Shown here: positions 38,961-48,400 of the stretch, in pieces
Layout of the letters: each line of letters opens with the position of its first letter
Position numbering within the stretch: position 1 is the first letter of the stretch
From: an uncultured Candidatus Rokubacteria bacterium
Lineage (GTDB): Bacteria > Methylomirabilota > Methylomirabilia > Rokubacteriales > CSP1-6
DNA length: 64,000 nucleotides
Assembly (NCBI GenBank): GCA_963754315.1
Contig: CAVWFS010000014.1
Coordinates: 1-64,000, forward strand
Direction: 5' to 3'
Notes under the pieces: model-generated
What the model was told of the DNA's origin: nothing
The model's input: only the letters and a program-made list of their open reading frames with translations
Database searches by the model: none
Translations under genes and position numbers: made by a program

Positions 38961-39958
38961 CATAAGAAATACCGCATCACGTCGGCGGTGAAGAGGTCGA
39001 TCGACGACGAGGCCGTGGCCTCGTCCATGTTGCCGAACGTCAACCGACAGACGAAATACGTGCACTCGCTGGCGGCAATCTGGCGCTCGATCTCTTCGCG
39101 CACCCGGCTGGGCGAGCCGGCAATGGCGATGCCGCGCTGGCGTGCCTCGTCAAAGTCCCGCGCGAAGCGGATTGGGGTCGATCCGAAATCGCGCCAGAGC
39201 TTGGTCAGGTTCGCATACCAGACGGCGTAGTTGGGTCGGGCCACCGCCTCCGCCTCTGCATCCGTTGAAGCCACCACGATGTGGCGCGACATGCCGAGCT
39301 TCGGTAATGGCGCCCCGCCGTGCTTGCGCTCCCAGACCTCACGATACCGATCGAAGAGCGGCTTGGCCCCCTCACACGGATGGTTGGTGATGACGTGCAC
39401 CTTGTTGGTGGCCGCCCACTCGGCGCCGGCCAAATGGCCGAGGCCATACCAGAGAGGCGGATGGGGTTGCTGGAACGGTCTGAGGATCATGGGCACCTTG
39501 CGGTAGGTATAGCGCGACCCCCGATGGTCAAGAATGTCGCTGGTGAGGCCCTGCAGGATAACCTCCAGCGCCTCCCGATAGATCTCCTCGGTTTCCAGGT
39601 GGTGCAGGTTGAAGTACGCCATCTCGTAGGGCACGATGCCCCGGCCTACCCCGAAGTCGAAACGCCCATGCGAGAGTTGGTCCAGCATGCAGATCTCTTC
39701 GATGAGGCGGAGGGGGTCGTAGAGGGGCAGGCAGTACACGCACGGTCCCAGGCGGATTCGCCGGGTGCGCTGGGTGGCGGCGGCCAGGAAGATGCCCGGC
39801 ACCGGGGCCAGTCCGAGCGGGGTGGCGTGGTGTTCGGCGAGGTGGTACGAGTAGAAGCCAGCCCTGTCGTATTTCTCGAGCAGGCGCAGGCGGCTTTCGT
39901 AGAACTCGTCGACGGGAGCCTCCCGCCGGTCGAGATGGTCAAAGATCCCCAGGTCCAT
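38960..39958 (-). CDS. LLM-class flavin-dependent oxidoreductase
   Basis: GIFDHLD, YHLAEHHATPLG, LDQLSHGR, PFQQPHPPLW. Confidence 0.92.
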   Translation of the reverse strand: MDLGIFDHLDRREAPVDEFYESRLRLLEKYDRAGFYSYHLAEHHATPLGLAPVPGIFLAAATQRTRRIRLGPCVYCLPLYDPLRLIEEICMLDQLSHGRFDFGVGRGIVPYEMAYFNLHHLETEEIYREALEVILQGLTSDILDHRGSRYTYRKVPMILRPFQQPHPPLWYGLGHLAGAEWAATNKVHVITNHPCEGAKPLFDRYREVWERKHGGAPLPKLGMSRHIVVASTDAEAEAVARPNYAVWYANLTKLWRDFGSTPIRFARDFDEARQRGIAIAGSPSRVREEIERQIAASECTYFVCRLTFGNMDEATASSSIDLFTADVMRYFL

Positions 39959-40034
39959 ATCCACCTCCATCGCCTGATCCCCGCAAGGCGGGCCGGTAAG
40001 GTTATACTCCTAACCCAACGCACAGGAGGGAACC

Positions 40035-40970
40035 ATGAAAATCCTCTTCTTCGACGACTTCAAGCTCGGTGTCCTCAAGGCGGACGGCGTTGTCGACGTG
40101 TCCGAGACGGTGCGGGACATCCCGCATATGGGACCGCACGATCTCATCAACGGGCTCATCGCGCGGTTCGCCGACTACCGGCAGCCTCTGGAGGCGGCGG
40201 TGGCCCGAGGACAGGCGATTCCTCTGGGCCGTGTGCGCATACGCCCCCCCCTGCCCAAGCCATTCAACGTCGATTGCATGGCCGTGAACTACATGGAAGA
40301 CGGAACGCGCACGGAACCGGCGCCCATCAACGCGTTCCACAAGTCGCCCGGGGCGATCATCGGCGACGGCGACACGATGGTGCTCCCCGACGTACCGGCC
40401 ACCATCTTCGAGGGCGAAGCGGAAGTGGCGCTTGTCATCGGCAAGCGCGCCTCCCACGTGCGTGCCGCGGAGGCCATGAGCTACGTCTTCGGGTACATGA
40501 ATTTCATCGATGGGTCGGCGCGCGGGCTGCCACCCTCCGGCAACACGTTCTATCAGATGAAGTCACGCGATACCTTCGCCCCCGTGGGGCCCTACCTGGT
40601 GACTGCCGATGAAGTGCCTGACCCTCATCGGCTCTCGGTTCGGCTCTGGGTGAACGGAGTGCTCAAGCAGAACTTCAACACCAGCGACATGGCCCACAAG
40701 ATCCCCCGCTGCATCGAGTGGGTCACCTCCATTCACACGTTGGAGCCCGGCGACCTGCTGGCCACCGGCACCAATCACCGCGGCCTCAGCGCCTTCCAGA
40801 ACGGCGATCTGGTCGAACTGGAGACGGAGGGTCTGGGTCGCTTGCGCGTGAATGTGCGCGACGACCTCAAGCGCACCTGGGCGCGCGAGACCCGGCTCGA
40901 ACGGCAAGAGAAGTCGCTCGAGGGCACCACGCCCCAGCTGACCGGCAAGCACACGCCGGGACCGCGGTAA
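40035..40970 (+). CDS. Fumarylacetoacetate hydrolase-family protein
   Basis: MAVNY, EGEAEVALVIGK, MKSRDTFAPVGP, ATGT. Confidence 0.9.
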   Translation: MKILFFDDFKLGVLKADGVVDVSETVRDIPHMGPHDLINGLIARFADYRQPLEAAVARGQAIPLGRVRIRPPLPKPFNVDCMAVNYMEDGTRTEPAPINAFHKSPGAIIGDGDTMVLPDVPATIFEGEAEVALVIGKRASHVRAAEAMSYVFGYMNFIDGSARGLPPSGNTFYQMKSRDTFAPVGPYLVTADEVPDPHRLSVRLWVNGVLKQNFNTSDMAHKIPRCIEWVTSIHTLEPGDLLATGTNHRGLSAFQNGDLVELETEGLGRLRVNVRDDLKRTWARETRLERQEKSLEGTTPQLTGKHTPGPR

Positions 40971-40983
40971 GCGTCGGCAGGGC

Positions 40984-42684
40984 TCACTCGGGAGCGACGA
41001 GCCCCTGTTCTTCCGGATAGACGAACGGACGCCCGGTGAGGATCCCGTCGCAGATCACGTCAAGGCCGGCGCTGTGCCCTGGCGCACACTGGTCGAGGCG
41101 TGCGAGCTCGAGTTGATAGGGCAACCAGCCCTTGCGCGGTCGCATGAACTCCACGGGGATCATCCGGCGAAAGAAGAAGTGGTACGCGTAGAGACGGGCG
41201 CGCCGCACCACCTCGTCGGAAAGGCGGCGGCCAAGGGGTAGCTGGTCGAGTAGACGCGAGTAATCCTCGGGAGAGGAGGCGTCCATCGTGAGCCCCTTGC
41301 CCCGAATCCATGCTTCGCCGGCCACGATGACCGGCACTCCTTGGCTCGACAACTCGACCCCGGTCTTGGTTCCGTAGATGATCACGGCGTCACACTGGAG
41401 CATGGTGGCATACGTGCTGATCGGATCATCGGGTCCGATCAGAAAGACGTTGCGGGGGAGGGTGGGATAGTGACGCCGGATCTCTGCCACCATCGGCTGC
41501 CGCGAGGGTAAGGTCCCGCGAATCTCGGCCGGATGAACGCGGACGAGCAGTTGGAGATCCGGCCGTTTCTCGAAATACGCGATGGTCTGCAGAGCCCAGT
41601 CGAGCATGCTCGGAAAGGCGTTGCTCGGGTAGTGGATCTGGGCATCCCACATGACGTTGGTGAGCATGCCCACGCAGGGTCGCGAGAAGTCCACGCCGAG
41701 GCGTCGCGCGATCTCGGCCACATCCTCCACCGGGCGCTCGTGGAACCAGATCCAGTCGCGTCCACCGTGGCGACGACTGTGGAGGTACGCCATGACCTCC
41801 CGCTCAAGATGGGCCGTCCACGCGAGGCGTTCCCAGGTTTCGGTGGGTTCAGTCATGATGGTGCGGTGGTAGGTGTCGCCATGACTGAAGATGAAGCGAC
41901 GCCGACGATAGGCCGCGTTCCAGTTCACCACCCGCACACCGGCGCGACGCGCCGTCTCGCCCACCAGTCCCTGCGGCACGTAGATGCCGTGCTGGGATAC
42001 CACCGCCTCGAAGGGGGCCGTCGCGAACAACCGGCGCACGGCGAGCGTCGTGAGCAGAGCGGCGCGGAAATAGCGGCGTACCACCCCGTCTGCGTAGGGC
42101 TCGCCCTCGAGGCTACCCCGCGCGTAGAAACGGAAGGCCCCGGCCAGGGCGTGCTCGCCCACGGCAACCCCATCTCGAACATATCGCTCCATCTCCGGGC
42201 GGCTCAGCGTTTGCGCCAGCCGATCCACTTCGGCCTTTTCCACGGCGGCGACCAGGCTTCCGTAGAGGTGGAGGGGGAGCCCCAGCGGCGCGTAGGCGCG
42301 TTGGCCGGGTACGAAGCAGACGTGGCACAGACCCCCCTGCGGGCCGCCGCGCACAAACCGTCGATGGTCGGGAAACCACGTGGTTTCGGTCAGCTCGCAG
42401 GCTGGCAGCACGCGGTCGCAGAGCAGGATGTGCACCTCCGCCCCTCGCAGGGTGAGGGCCACGGCCAGAAGACTCTCCAGGCTGACGGCGCTGGGGTTCC
42501 CGCCGACGCCGGTCGCGATCAGCACGCGGGGTCCCCCCCGCGCGCGAGCGCGCGCTTCGTCCCACTGGCTCCGGTCCCGACCCACGATGGCCCCCCAGTC
42601 GGGAAAGGCATAGGTTCGGGCGCGCCACCAGCGCACCAGAAGCCTCAACCCGATCGAACGCTTGAGGAGCTGGCGAAACTGCAT
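40984..42684 (-). CDS. Capsule-biosynthesis (KpsS/KpsC-like) glycosyltransferase, paralog A
   Basis: HGIY, NVMWDAQ, VRVHPAE (HP motif), GTKTGVE, VIVAGEAW; N-terminal CDRVLPAC...CHVC. Confidence 0.75.
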   Translation of the reverse strand: MQFRQLLKRSIGLRLLVRWWRARTYAFPDWGAIVGRDRSQWDEARARARGGPRVLIATGVGGNPSAVSLESLLAVALTLRGAEVHILLCDRVLPACELTETTWFPDHRRFVRGGPQGGLCHVCFVPGQRAYAPLGLPLHLYGSLVAAVEKAEVDRLAQTLSRPEMERYVRDGVAVGEHALAGAFRFYARGSLEGEPYADGVVRRYFRAALLTTLAVRRLFATAPFEAVVSQHGIYVPQGLVGETARRAGVRVVNWNAAYRRRRFIFSHGDTYHRTIMTEPTETWERLAWTAHLEREVMAYLHSRRHGGRDWIWFHERPVEDVAEIARRLGVDFSRPCVGMLTNVMWDAQIHYPSNAFPSMLDWALQTIAYFEKRPDLQLLVRVHPAEIRGTLPSRQPMVAEIRRHYPTLPRNVFLIGPDDPISTYATMLQCDAVIIYGTKTGVELSSQGVPVIVAGEAWIRGKGLTMDASSPEDYSRLLDQLPLGRRLSDEVVRRARLYAYHFFFRRMIPVEFMRPRKGWLPYQLELARLDQCAPGHSAGLDVICDGILTGRPFVYPEEQGLVAPE

Positions 42685-43373
42685 CAGGCTCCTCGGGCCG
42701 TGAGCCGTCCCAGGAACGCCTCTGGTGCGGGGAGGGCGGGGATCAGCCACCAAGGGTCGTGGGGTTCCAGATCGGCGAGTCCGTAGGAGCCTGAGGCAAC
42801 GGCGACGGCGCGAGCGCCGATGGCCCGCGCACACATGATGTCGTGCGGCGTGTCTCCGATGACGTAGGTGTCCTCCATCCGGGGCTCTTGTCCGAGTAGC
42901 TCGCGGGCGACCACGACGGCCCTCCGCGCGATGGCGCCGCGGTCTCGGACGCCATCCGCGAACGCTCCGCGCTCGAAATAGTGAGCGAGCCCATAGTGGC
43001 GAAGCTTTGCCCATGCCCCCGCCTCGGTATTCCCGGTGAGCAGGATGGAGACGACGGCTGACTGCCCGCGCAAGTGCTCGAGGATGGCTCGCACACCGGG
43101 CACCACCTGGCCTACGCGCCTGTGCAGTCGGTCCGGAAGCAGTTCCTCATAGCGCCGCACCAGCACGCCAACCGCGGTCGGTGTCGGATCAGGATCGAAC
43201 CGGGCCAGGATTCTGGCGGCGATCTCGGTGTCGGTCAAGCCCGCGGTGGCCAGGGCCGAGAAGTCGACCGTCTGGCCAACGATGTCGCGCGTGGCGTCCT
43301 CCCACGCGAAGATGCCGGCGCGGGCGGTGCTCAGCAGGGTGCCGTCGATGTCCCAGCAGAGAACGAGGGTCAT
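42684..43373 (-). CDS. HAD-family phosphatase
   Basis: WDIDGTL, LLTGN, K, IGDTPHD. Confidence 0.9.
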   Translation of the reverse strand: MTLVLCWDIDGTLLSTARAGIFAWEDATRDIVGQTVDFSALATAGLTDTEIAARILARFDPDPTPTAVGVLVRRYEELLPDRLHRRVGQVVPGVRAILEHLRGQSAVVSILLTGNTEAGAWAKLRHYGLAHYFERGAFADGVRDRGAIARRAVVVARELLGQEPRMEDTYVIGDTPHDIMCARAIGARAVAVASGSYGLADLEPHDPWWLIPALPAPEAFLGRLTARGA

Positions 43374-45289
43374 CCCTCGCCTGCGAGGGACCGACGGATT
43401 TGCTCGGCGATGCTTTCGGCATCGAGCCCGTGGCCTTTGAGCACCTCGCTGTTTCCCCCGCAAAGGGGAATCCGTGTCACGCCCAGTCGGCGAACCCGGG
43501 GGAGGGGCCGCCGGGGCAGCTCGGCGAGGGCGGCAAGGATCATCTGTCCTTGGCCACCGTGCAGGTAGTGGTTGTCGAGGGTAAAGATCCACGGAAAGCG
43601 CCCGGCGACCTCAGCCAACCATTCACGGTCGACGCGGTTCAGCCAGGGAAGATCAATCACGGCCACCTCGAGCCCGGCCTGCCGGGTCAGTAGTTCGGCG
43701 GCGCGGTACGCCTGCGTGAGCAGCACCGGTCCGTACCCGATCATGGCGGCGGCACTTCCCTCGCGCAAGAGGACACCTCGCCCGAGCCGGAGACAGTGGT
43801 CGGACGGAAGGGTATAGGGAATCTCGGCCGGGATTGACACCAGGCGGATGTAGCACGAGGACGGGGCGATATTCACGCAGAAATCGAGCGCCGCTTCCGT
43901 TTCATCCTCTGTGCTCGGCTCGATCATGATCAGATCCGGCACCCCGGCCAGGGCTGCAATATCACGCACCGATTGATGACTGTGACCCGGACCGGCAGGC
44001 AGGACTCCTGCCAGCGAGCCGACGTAGACAATCTTCGTCCGCTCCGTGGCGTTGTTGTAGATATGCTCGTTGGGGCGCGTGGAGAGGAAGCACGCGAAGG
44101 AATGCACCACGGGCAGGAGGCCTCGGCGAGCCATGCCCCCTGCCTGTGAAACCATGTCCTGCTCGGCAATGCCGCACTCGAAGAATCGATCGGGAAAGCG
44201 CTGGCGGAACGGGATCAACCCGCAGTCGAGTACCAAGTCGGCGTCGAGGACCACCAGACGCGGATGACGCTCGGCCTGGTGCACGAGCGCGCGCGAGTAC
44301 GCGGTGACGAGCCGCTGCACATGCCCCGGGATCGGCATTTCGGGGCGAGGTTCCCGCTCGAGCCGGAGCTCACCGGCGGCCGCCTCGGCCAGCCGCTGGC
44401 GGGCGGTGACGAGCAACTCCTCGACGGCCTTGGCGTACACCTCGGGGCTGGGTGCTCCGCTATGAAACCGGTAGAGGCCATCGGCAGGATCAATGGCCCC
44501 CGGTTCCATGAACGACACGCCCTTCCCCTTGACGGTATCGGCGATCAACACCTTAGGCCGGTCGACAATGGCTCGGAGCCTCTGGAATGCGCGAGCCACC
44601 GCGCTCAGATCGTGACCGTCCGCGCGTTCCACGTGCCATCCGAAGGCCCCGAACTTGGCGGCGAGGTCACCGAGGTCGCTGACGTCAGCGACCCAGGTGT
44701 CTGACTGAATCTTGTTGTGGTCGACGATCACGGTGATCTCGCCCAGCCCGCGCGCGGTCGCCGATGGAAGCGACTCCCAAATCTGCCCCTCCTGGAGCTC
44801 CCCGTCGCCCGTCATGACGTACACGTGCGAGGACACCCCGAGCAGACGATTGGCAAGGACCATCCCTTTCGCCTTAGAGATCCCCATGCCGAGCGAGCCC
44901 GTGTTGGCCTCGACGAAGGGCGTCGAGACATCGGGATGACCGGGGAGCCCGTCGAGGCGCCGGAGTCGGTGAATGAGCGGGAACTCGATCAAGCCGACGC
45001 CCATGAGTACCGCGTAGAGCGCGGGAGCGTCGTGACCCTTCGAGGAGAAATAGAGATCGCCGACGGTGCCGGGGCCGGCCGGGAGGCGCATCTCCTCGAG
45101 AAAGAGCCAACTCAGAAGATCGAGCGCGCTGAAGGAGGTTCCGATGTGGCCAGACCCCGCTCGCGCGATCATGTAGAGGATGTTGATCCGGCAGGCGGCA
45201 GCGAACGCCGCCACCCGGCGCTCTTGTGTCGTCTCGAGGCTCCGCAGGCGGCTCAGCTCGGACAGCGGCACGTAGGTAAGATCGGCCAT
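43370..45289 (-). CDS. Single-chain transketolase-like ThDP enzyme
   Basis: GSGHIG, SKGH, GHP, GDGELQEGQIWE...HN, GIAEQ, GHSHQ. Confidence 0.92.
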   Translation of the reverse strand: MADLTYVPLSELSRLRSLETTQERRVAAFAAACRINILYMIARAGSGHIGTSFSALDLLSWLFLEEMRLPAGPGTVGDLYFSSKGHDAPALYAVLMGVGLIEFPLIHRLRRLDGLPGHPDVSTPFVEANTGSLGMGISKAKGMVLANRLLGVSSHVYVMTGDGELQEGQIWESLPSATARGLGEITVIVDHNKIQSDTWVADVSDLGDLAAKFGAFGWHVERADGHDLSAVARAFQRLRAIVDRPKVLIADTVKGKGVSFMEPGAIDPADGLYRFHSGAPSPEVYAKAVEELLVTARQRLAEAAAGELRLEREPRPEMPIPGHVQRLVTAYSRALVHQAERHPRLVVLDADLVLDCGLIPFRQRFPDRFFECGIAEQDMVSQAGGMARRGLLPVVHSFACFLSTRPNEHIYNNATERTKIVYVGSLAGVLPAGPGHSHQSVRDIAALAGVPDLIMIEPSTEDETEAALDFCVNIAPSSCYIRLVSIPAEIPYTLPSDHCLRLGRGVLLREGSAAAMIGYGPVLLTQAYRAAELLTRQAGLEVAVIDLPWLNRVDREWLAEVAGRFPWIFTLDNHYLHGGQGQMILAALAELPRRPLPRVRRLGVTRIPLCGGNSEVLKGHGLDAESIAEQIRRSLAGEG

Positions 45290-45321
45290 GAGCCCTCCGC
45301 GGGCGTAGGGTTGGCGGTGGC

Positions 45322-46095
45322 TCAGTCGCCTGGTATCTCGATCGGCACCGGTGGCTCCGCGATATGGAAGAGCCGGGCCTCCCCGCTCTGGAGCAGCTCT
45401 TCGGCGTGGCGCCAGTCGCGCGTGTCGTTGATATCGAAGCCTTCGAATCCCTGCGTGAAGAACGGCATCAGCACGTGGCCGGCGATGGTGCGTCCTTCAA
45501 AGACGACCCGCGTCCACGCGATCTCCAGGCTGGCGTTCTGGGCGTAGACCTCGAACAGCGAGGCGTACTGGCTACTGTGCCATGGTTGCTCGGGGGGGCC
45601 CATGGGGAGAATCGGAAGCAGCCGACGCCCGCGGACGATCCACATCTTGGCCGGGTGCTGCCGGCACTTCTCCACCGCCCGCAGTGAGTCCACTCCCACT
45701 TCGGCTCGGAACTCACGCCACGCGCGCTGGATGGTTTCCGGGGTCCGTAACGGGCTGGTGGGGCGCAGGATGCTGAAACAATCGTACCGACGCCCCTCAT
45801 CGGCCAGCCGCCGCAGGGTGTACTCGACCCACTCGATGTCGGGTGACGTTTCGGTCGCGTATTCGGCCGGCCGCAGGAATGGCACCTCGGCCCCATAGTG
45901 CTTGGCGATGTCGGCGATGAGAGGCGAGTCCGTCGAGACCAGCACCGCGTCGAACACCCCGCTGGCCCGGGCCACGGCAATCGTGTAGGCAATGGCGGGG
46001 TGCTGACCGAGGCGCCGGATGTTCTTGTGCTTGACACGCTTGGAGCCCGAACGGGCCGGGATCAACCCGACGATGCTGGGAACCGGGGTGGACAT
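45322..46095 (-). CDS. Acylneuraminate (nonulosonate) cytidylyltransferase, NeuA family
   Basis: IPARSGSKRVKHKN, VSTDS, RPTSPLR, DINDTRD. Confidence 0.92.
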   Translation of the reverse strand: MSTPVPSIVGLIPARSGSKRVKHKNIRRLGQHPAIAYTIAVARASGVFDAVLVSTDSPLIADIAKHYGAEVPFLRPAEYATETSPDIEWVEYTLRRLADEGRRYDCFSILRPTSPLRTPETIQRAWREFRAEVGVDSLRAVEKCRQHPAKMWIVRGRRLLPILPMGPPEQPWHSSQYASLFEVYAQNASLEIAWTRVVFEGRTIAGHVLMPFFTQGFEGFDINDTRDWRHAEELLQSGEARLFHIAEPPVPIEIPGD

Positions 46096-46107
46096 TCCAT
46101 GTAGCTC

Positions 46108-46920
46108 TTACCAGACCGTGAAGCCGCCGTCCACCTGCAGATTGATCCCCGTCACGTAGCGCGCTGCCTCGGAAGCCAAGAAGATCAGCGGTCCCGCCAG
46201 ATCGGACGGTTCCGCCATGCGCCCCATCGGGACACGAGTCACGTACTTACGCACAAACTCCTCGTCCTGCCCCCCCGCCACCCCGCCCGGCGAGAGCGCG
46301 TTCACGCGCACTCCATGCCGCCCCCAGAGCGCCGCAAAGTACATGGTGAGGTTCACCACCGCCGCCTTAGAGGCACCGTAGGCAGGCGGCTTGAGGAACG
46401 GCGGCTCGCTCGGCAGGTGATCGTAGAAGCGCTGATCGGGGGCGACGGCAGCATACAGCGAACCGATGTTGATGATCGAGCCGCGACCGCTCGCCACCAT
46501 GGCCGGGCCAAACGTCTGGATCGCTTGAAAGGCGCCGAGCACATTCACCTCAAAGACATCGCGGAAAAGCTCGGCGGGGATGTCTTCCACGCGATAGCTA
46601 CGGGGCAGAAGGGTGGGGGGCTGATCAATGCCGGCATTGTTGAGCAATACGGAGGGCGGCCAGCCCACACGGTGACACCCCTCGCGGGCCTGGGTCAGCG
46701 ACGTTCGATCGGTGACGTCGGCCCGTACCAAGCGTAACCGCTCCTCACCGTGACGGTCGAGCAAGCGCGCGAACGCGTCGGGAATTTTGGCCTCGACGAG
46801 GTCGAGCCCGACCACCCGGGCTCCGGCGTCCAGGAAGCCCTCGATCCAGATCGGACCCAGCCGTCCGAGGGCTCCCGTGACAAGGGCCACCTCACCCGTG
46901 AGGTCCCAGGCGCGCCTCAC
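46108..46920 (-). CDS. SDR oxidoreductase (sugar-locus type)
   Basis: TGALGRLG, NNAG, GSLY, YGASK, VNALSPGG. Confidence 0.9.
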   Translation of the reverse strand: MRRAWDLTGEVALVTGALGRLGPIWIEGFLDAGARVVGLDLVEAKIPDAFARLLDRHGEERLRLVRADVTDRTSLTQAREGCHRVGWPPSVLLNNAGIDQPPTLLPRSYRVEDIPAELFRDVFEVNVLGAFQAIQTFGPAMVASGRGSIINIGSLYAAVAPDQRFYDHLPSEPPFLKPPAYGASKAAVVNLTMYFAALWGRHGVRVNALSPGGVAGGQDEEFVRKYVTRVPMGRMAEPSDLAGPLIFLASEAARYVTGINLQVDGGFTVW

Positions 46921-47999
46921 GGGCTCGGGCCGAGCATGTCTAGTTGAATAGCCTCGTCGGTATCGAGATCCTTGCGCAGCACGCGGCCGATCACCTGGGA
47001 GAACTGGTAGGGCTCGAGCCCATCCCCACCCGGAGACTTGATGCTCACGTCAGCGGCGGTGAGCACCTGGCCGGAACGGAGGGGGTGAGCGGCCACGAGT
47101 TTCTTGCCCATCTTGGTGATCCCCGGGATCTCGCTGGGATAGACGCGCTTTCTCCCGTCACCCAGGGCGACGCGGATTCGTGTCAGGTCCCGGACCGTCT
47201 TCCGCAGTCCTACCGGTTCCAGGGAGAAGGCGTGGTCCGTCCCCTTCAGAGCCCGGTTCAAGGTGAAATGTTTCTCGACAATCCTGGCGCCAAGCACGTA
47301 GGCGGCCACCGCCATGGCGATCCCGTTATCATGGGCGGAGAGTCCGACGACGACGTCGCGGAAGAGGCTCCGGTAGGTCTCAATCACCCGGAGGTCGAGC
47401 TCTTCGAACGCGGCCGGATAGCTGGCCGTGCACTGGAGGATGGCCAGCTGTCGGTTGATCGGCATCACCGTGTCGTAGGCACGCCTGACGTCCTCGAGGG
47501 TGCCACCCCCCGTGCTCATGACGATGGGTTTCCCCATGCGGGCTACGTGGGTGAGGAGGGGGATGTTCCGCAAGTCGGCCGAGGCGATCTTGTAGGCCGG
47601 CATGTCGAGACGCGCCAAGAAGTCGGCACTGGGAATATCAAAGGCGGTCGCGAAGAAGGTGATCCCCAGCTCGCGGGCGACCTGCTGAAGCTCGACGTAC
47701 TCGGTCTTCCCGAACTCGAGAAATTCACGGTGTTCACCGTACGTGCGGCCGAAGCTGTTCTCGTGATCATATGGCCGATCATACATATCACGGGTAAAGA
47801 GGGTCCGGTTGTCGCGCTTCTGAAGCTTGACCGCCGAGGCGCCGGCCGCCTTGGCTTCGCGGAACAACTGGCGGCATTTCTCCAGATCTCCCTGGTGATT
47901 GTGGCCGATCTCGGCGATCACCCAACAGGGAGACTCATCGGAGATCTCCTGCCCGTCGATCACTATCGCGCGTCTCGTCGTCGCCTCGCCGCGTACCAA
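46917..47999 (-). CDS. NeuB-family nonulosonate (or nonulosonate-9-phosphate) synthase with SAF domain
   Basis: IAEIGHNHQG, VKLQKR, KIAS, MSTG, CTASYP, GLSAHD, EKHFTL, GTDH; TTG start is tentative. Confidence 0.93.
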   Translation of the reverse strand: MVRGEATTRRAIVIDGQEISDESPCWVIAEIGHNHQGDLEKCRQLFREAKAAGASAVKLQKRDNRTLFTRDMYDRPYDHENSFGRTYGEHREFLEFGKTEYVELQQVARELGITFFATAFDIPSADFLARLDMPAYKIASADLRNIPLLTHVARMGKPIVMSTGGGTLEDVRRAYDTVMPINRQLAILQCTASYPAAFEELDLRVIETYRSLFRDVVVGLSAHDNGIAMAVAAYVLGARIVEKHFTLNRALKGTDHAFSLEPVGLRKTVRDLTRIRVALGDGRKRVYPSEIPGITKMGKKLVAAHPLRSGQVLTAADVSIKSPGGDGLEPYQFSQVIGRVLRKDLDTDEAIQLDMLGPSP

Positions 48000-48214
48000 G
48001 GGAGCCCCCCTGCTGGTCTCGAGATTGCGGTCGATTATCTGGGTCGGCCATTTCAGTGTCAAGAACGCTGGGGACAAATCACCCCCGAGCGCGCGCCGGG
48101 AGCCGGCCCTCCGTCGTTGGCGCGCGGTGCGCGGCGGCGCCGGTATCGATAGCCTCGAGGGCCTCGTCCTTTCGGGGCCCTGTATAATGGGCAGTCGCGG
48201 ATGCTCACTGTGCG

Positions 48215-48340
48215 ATGATCTGCATCGGTTTGCCCATCCACAACGGCGCCCGATACCTGCGGCAGGCCCTCGATTCGCTACGCGCGCAATCCAGAGGTGA
48301 ATACCGACCGGTCCTCTTAGACGACGGGTCGGGATGCTGA
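48215..48340 (+). pseudogene. Truncated GT2 glycosyltransferase N-terminal fragment
   Basis: Manual translation MICIGLPIHNGARYLRQALDSLRAQSRGEYRPVLLDDGSGC*, a typical GT2 first beta-alpha-beta with DDGS, then a stop. Confidence 0.72.
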
Positions 48341-48400
48341 GTGATGAGCTTCGTCACCCCGTTCGCCACGTGCTTCCAGTGTGACCAAGGGTCTCCGACA

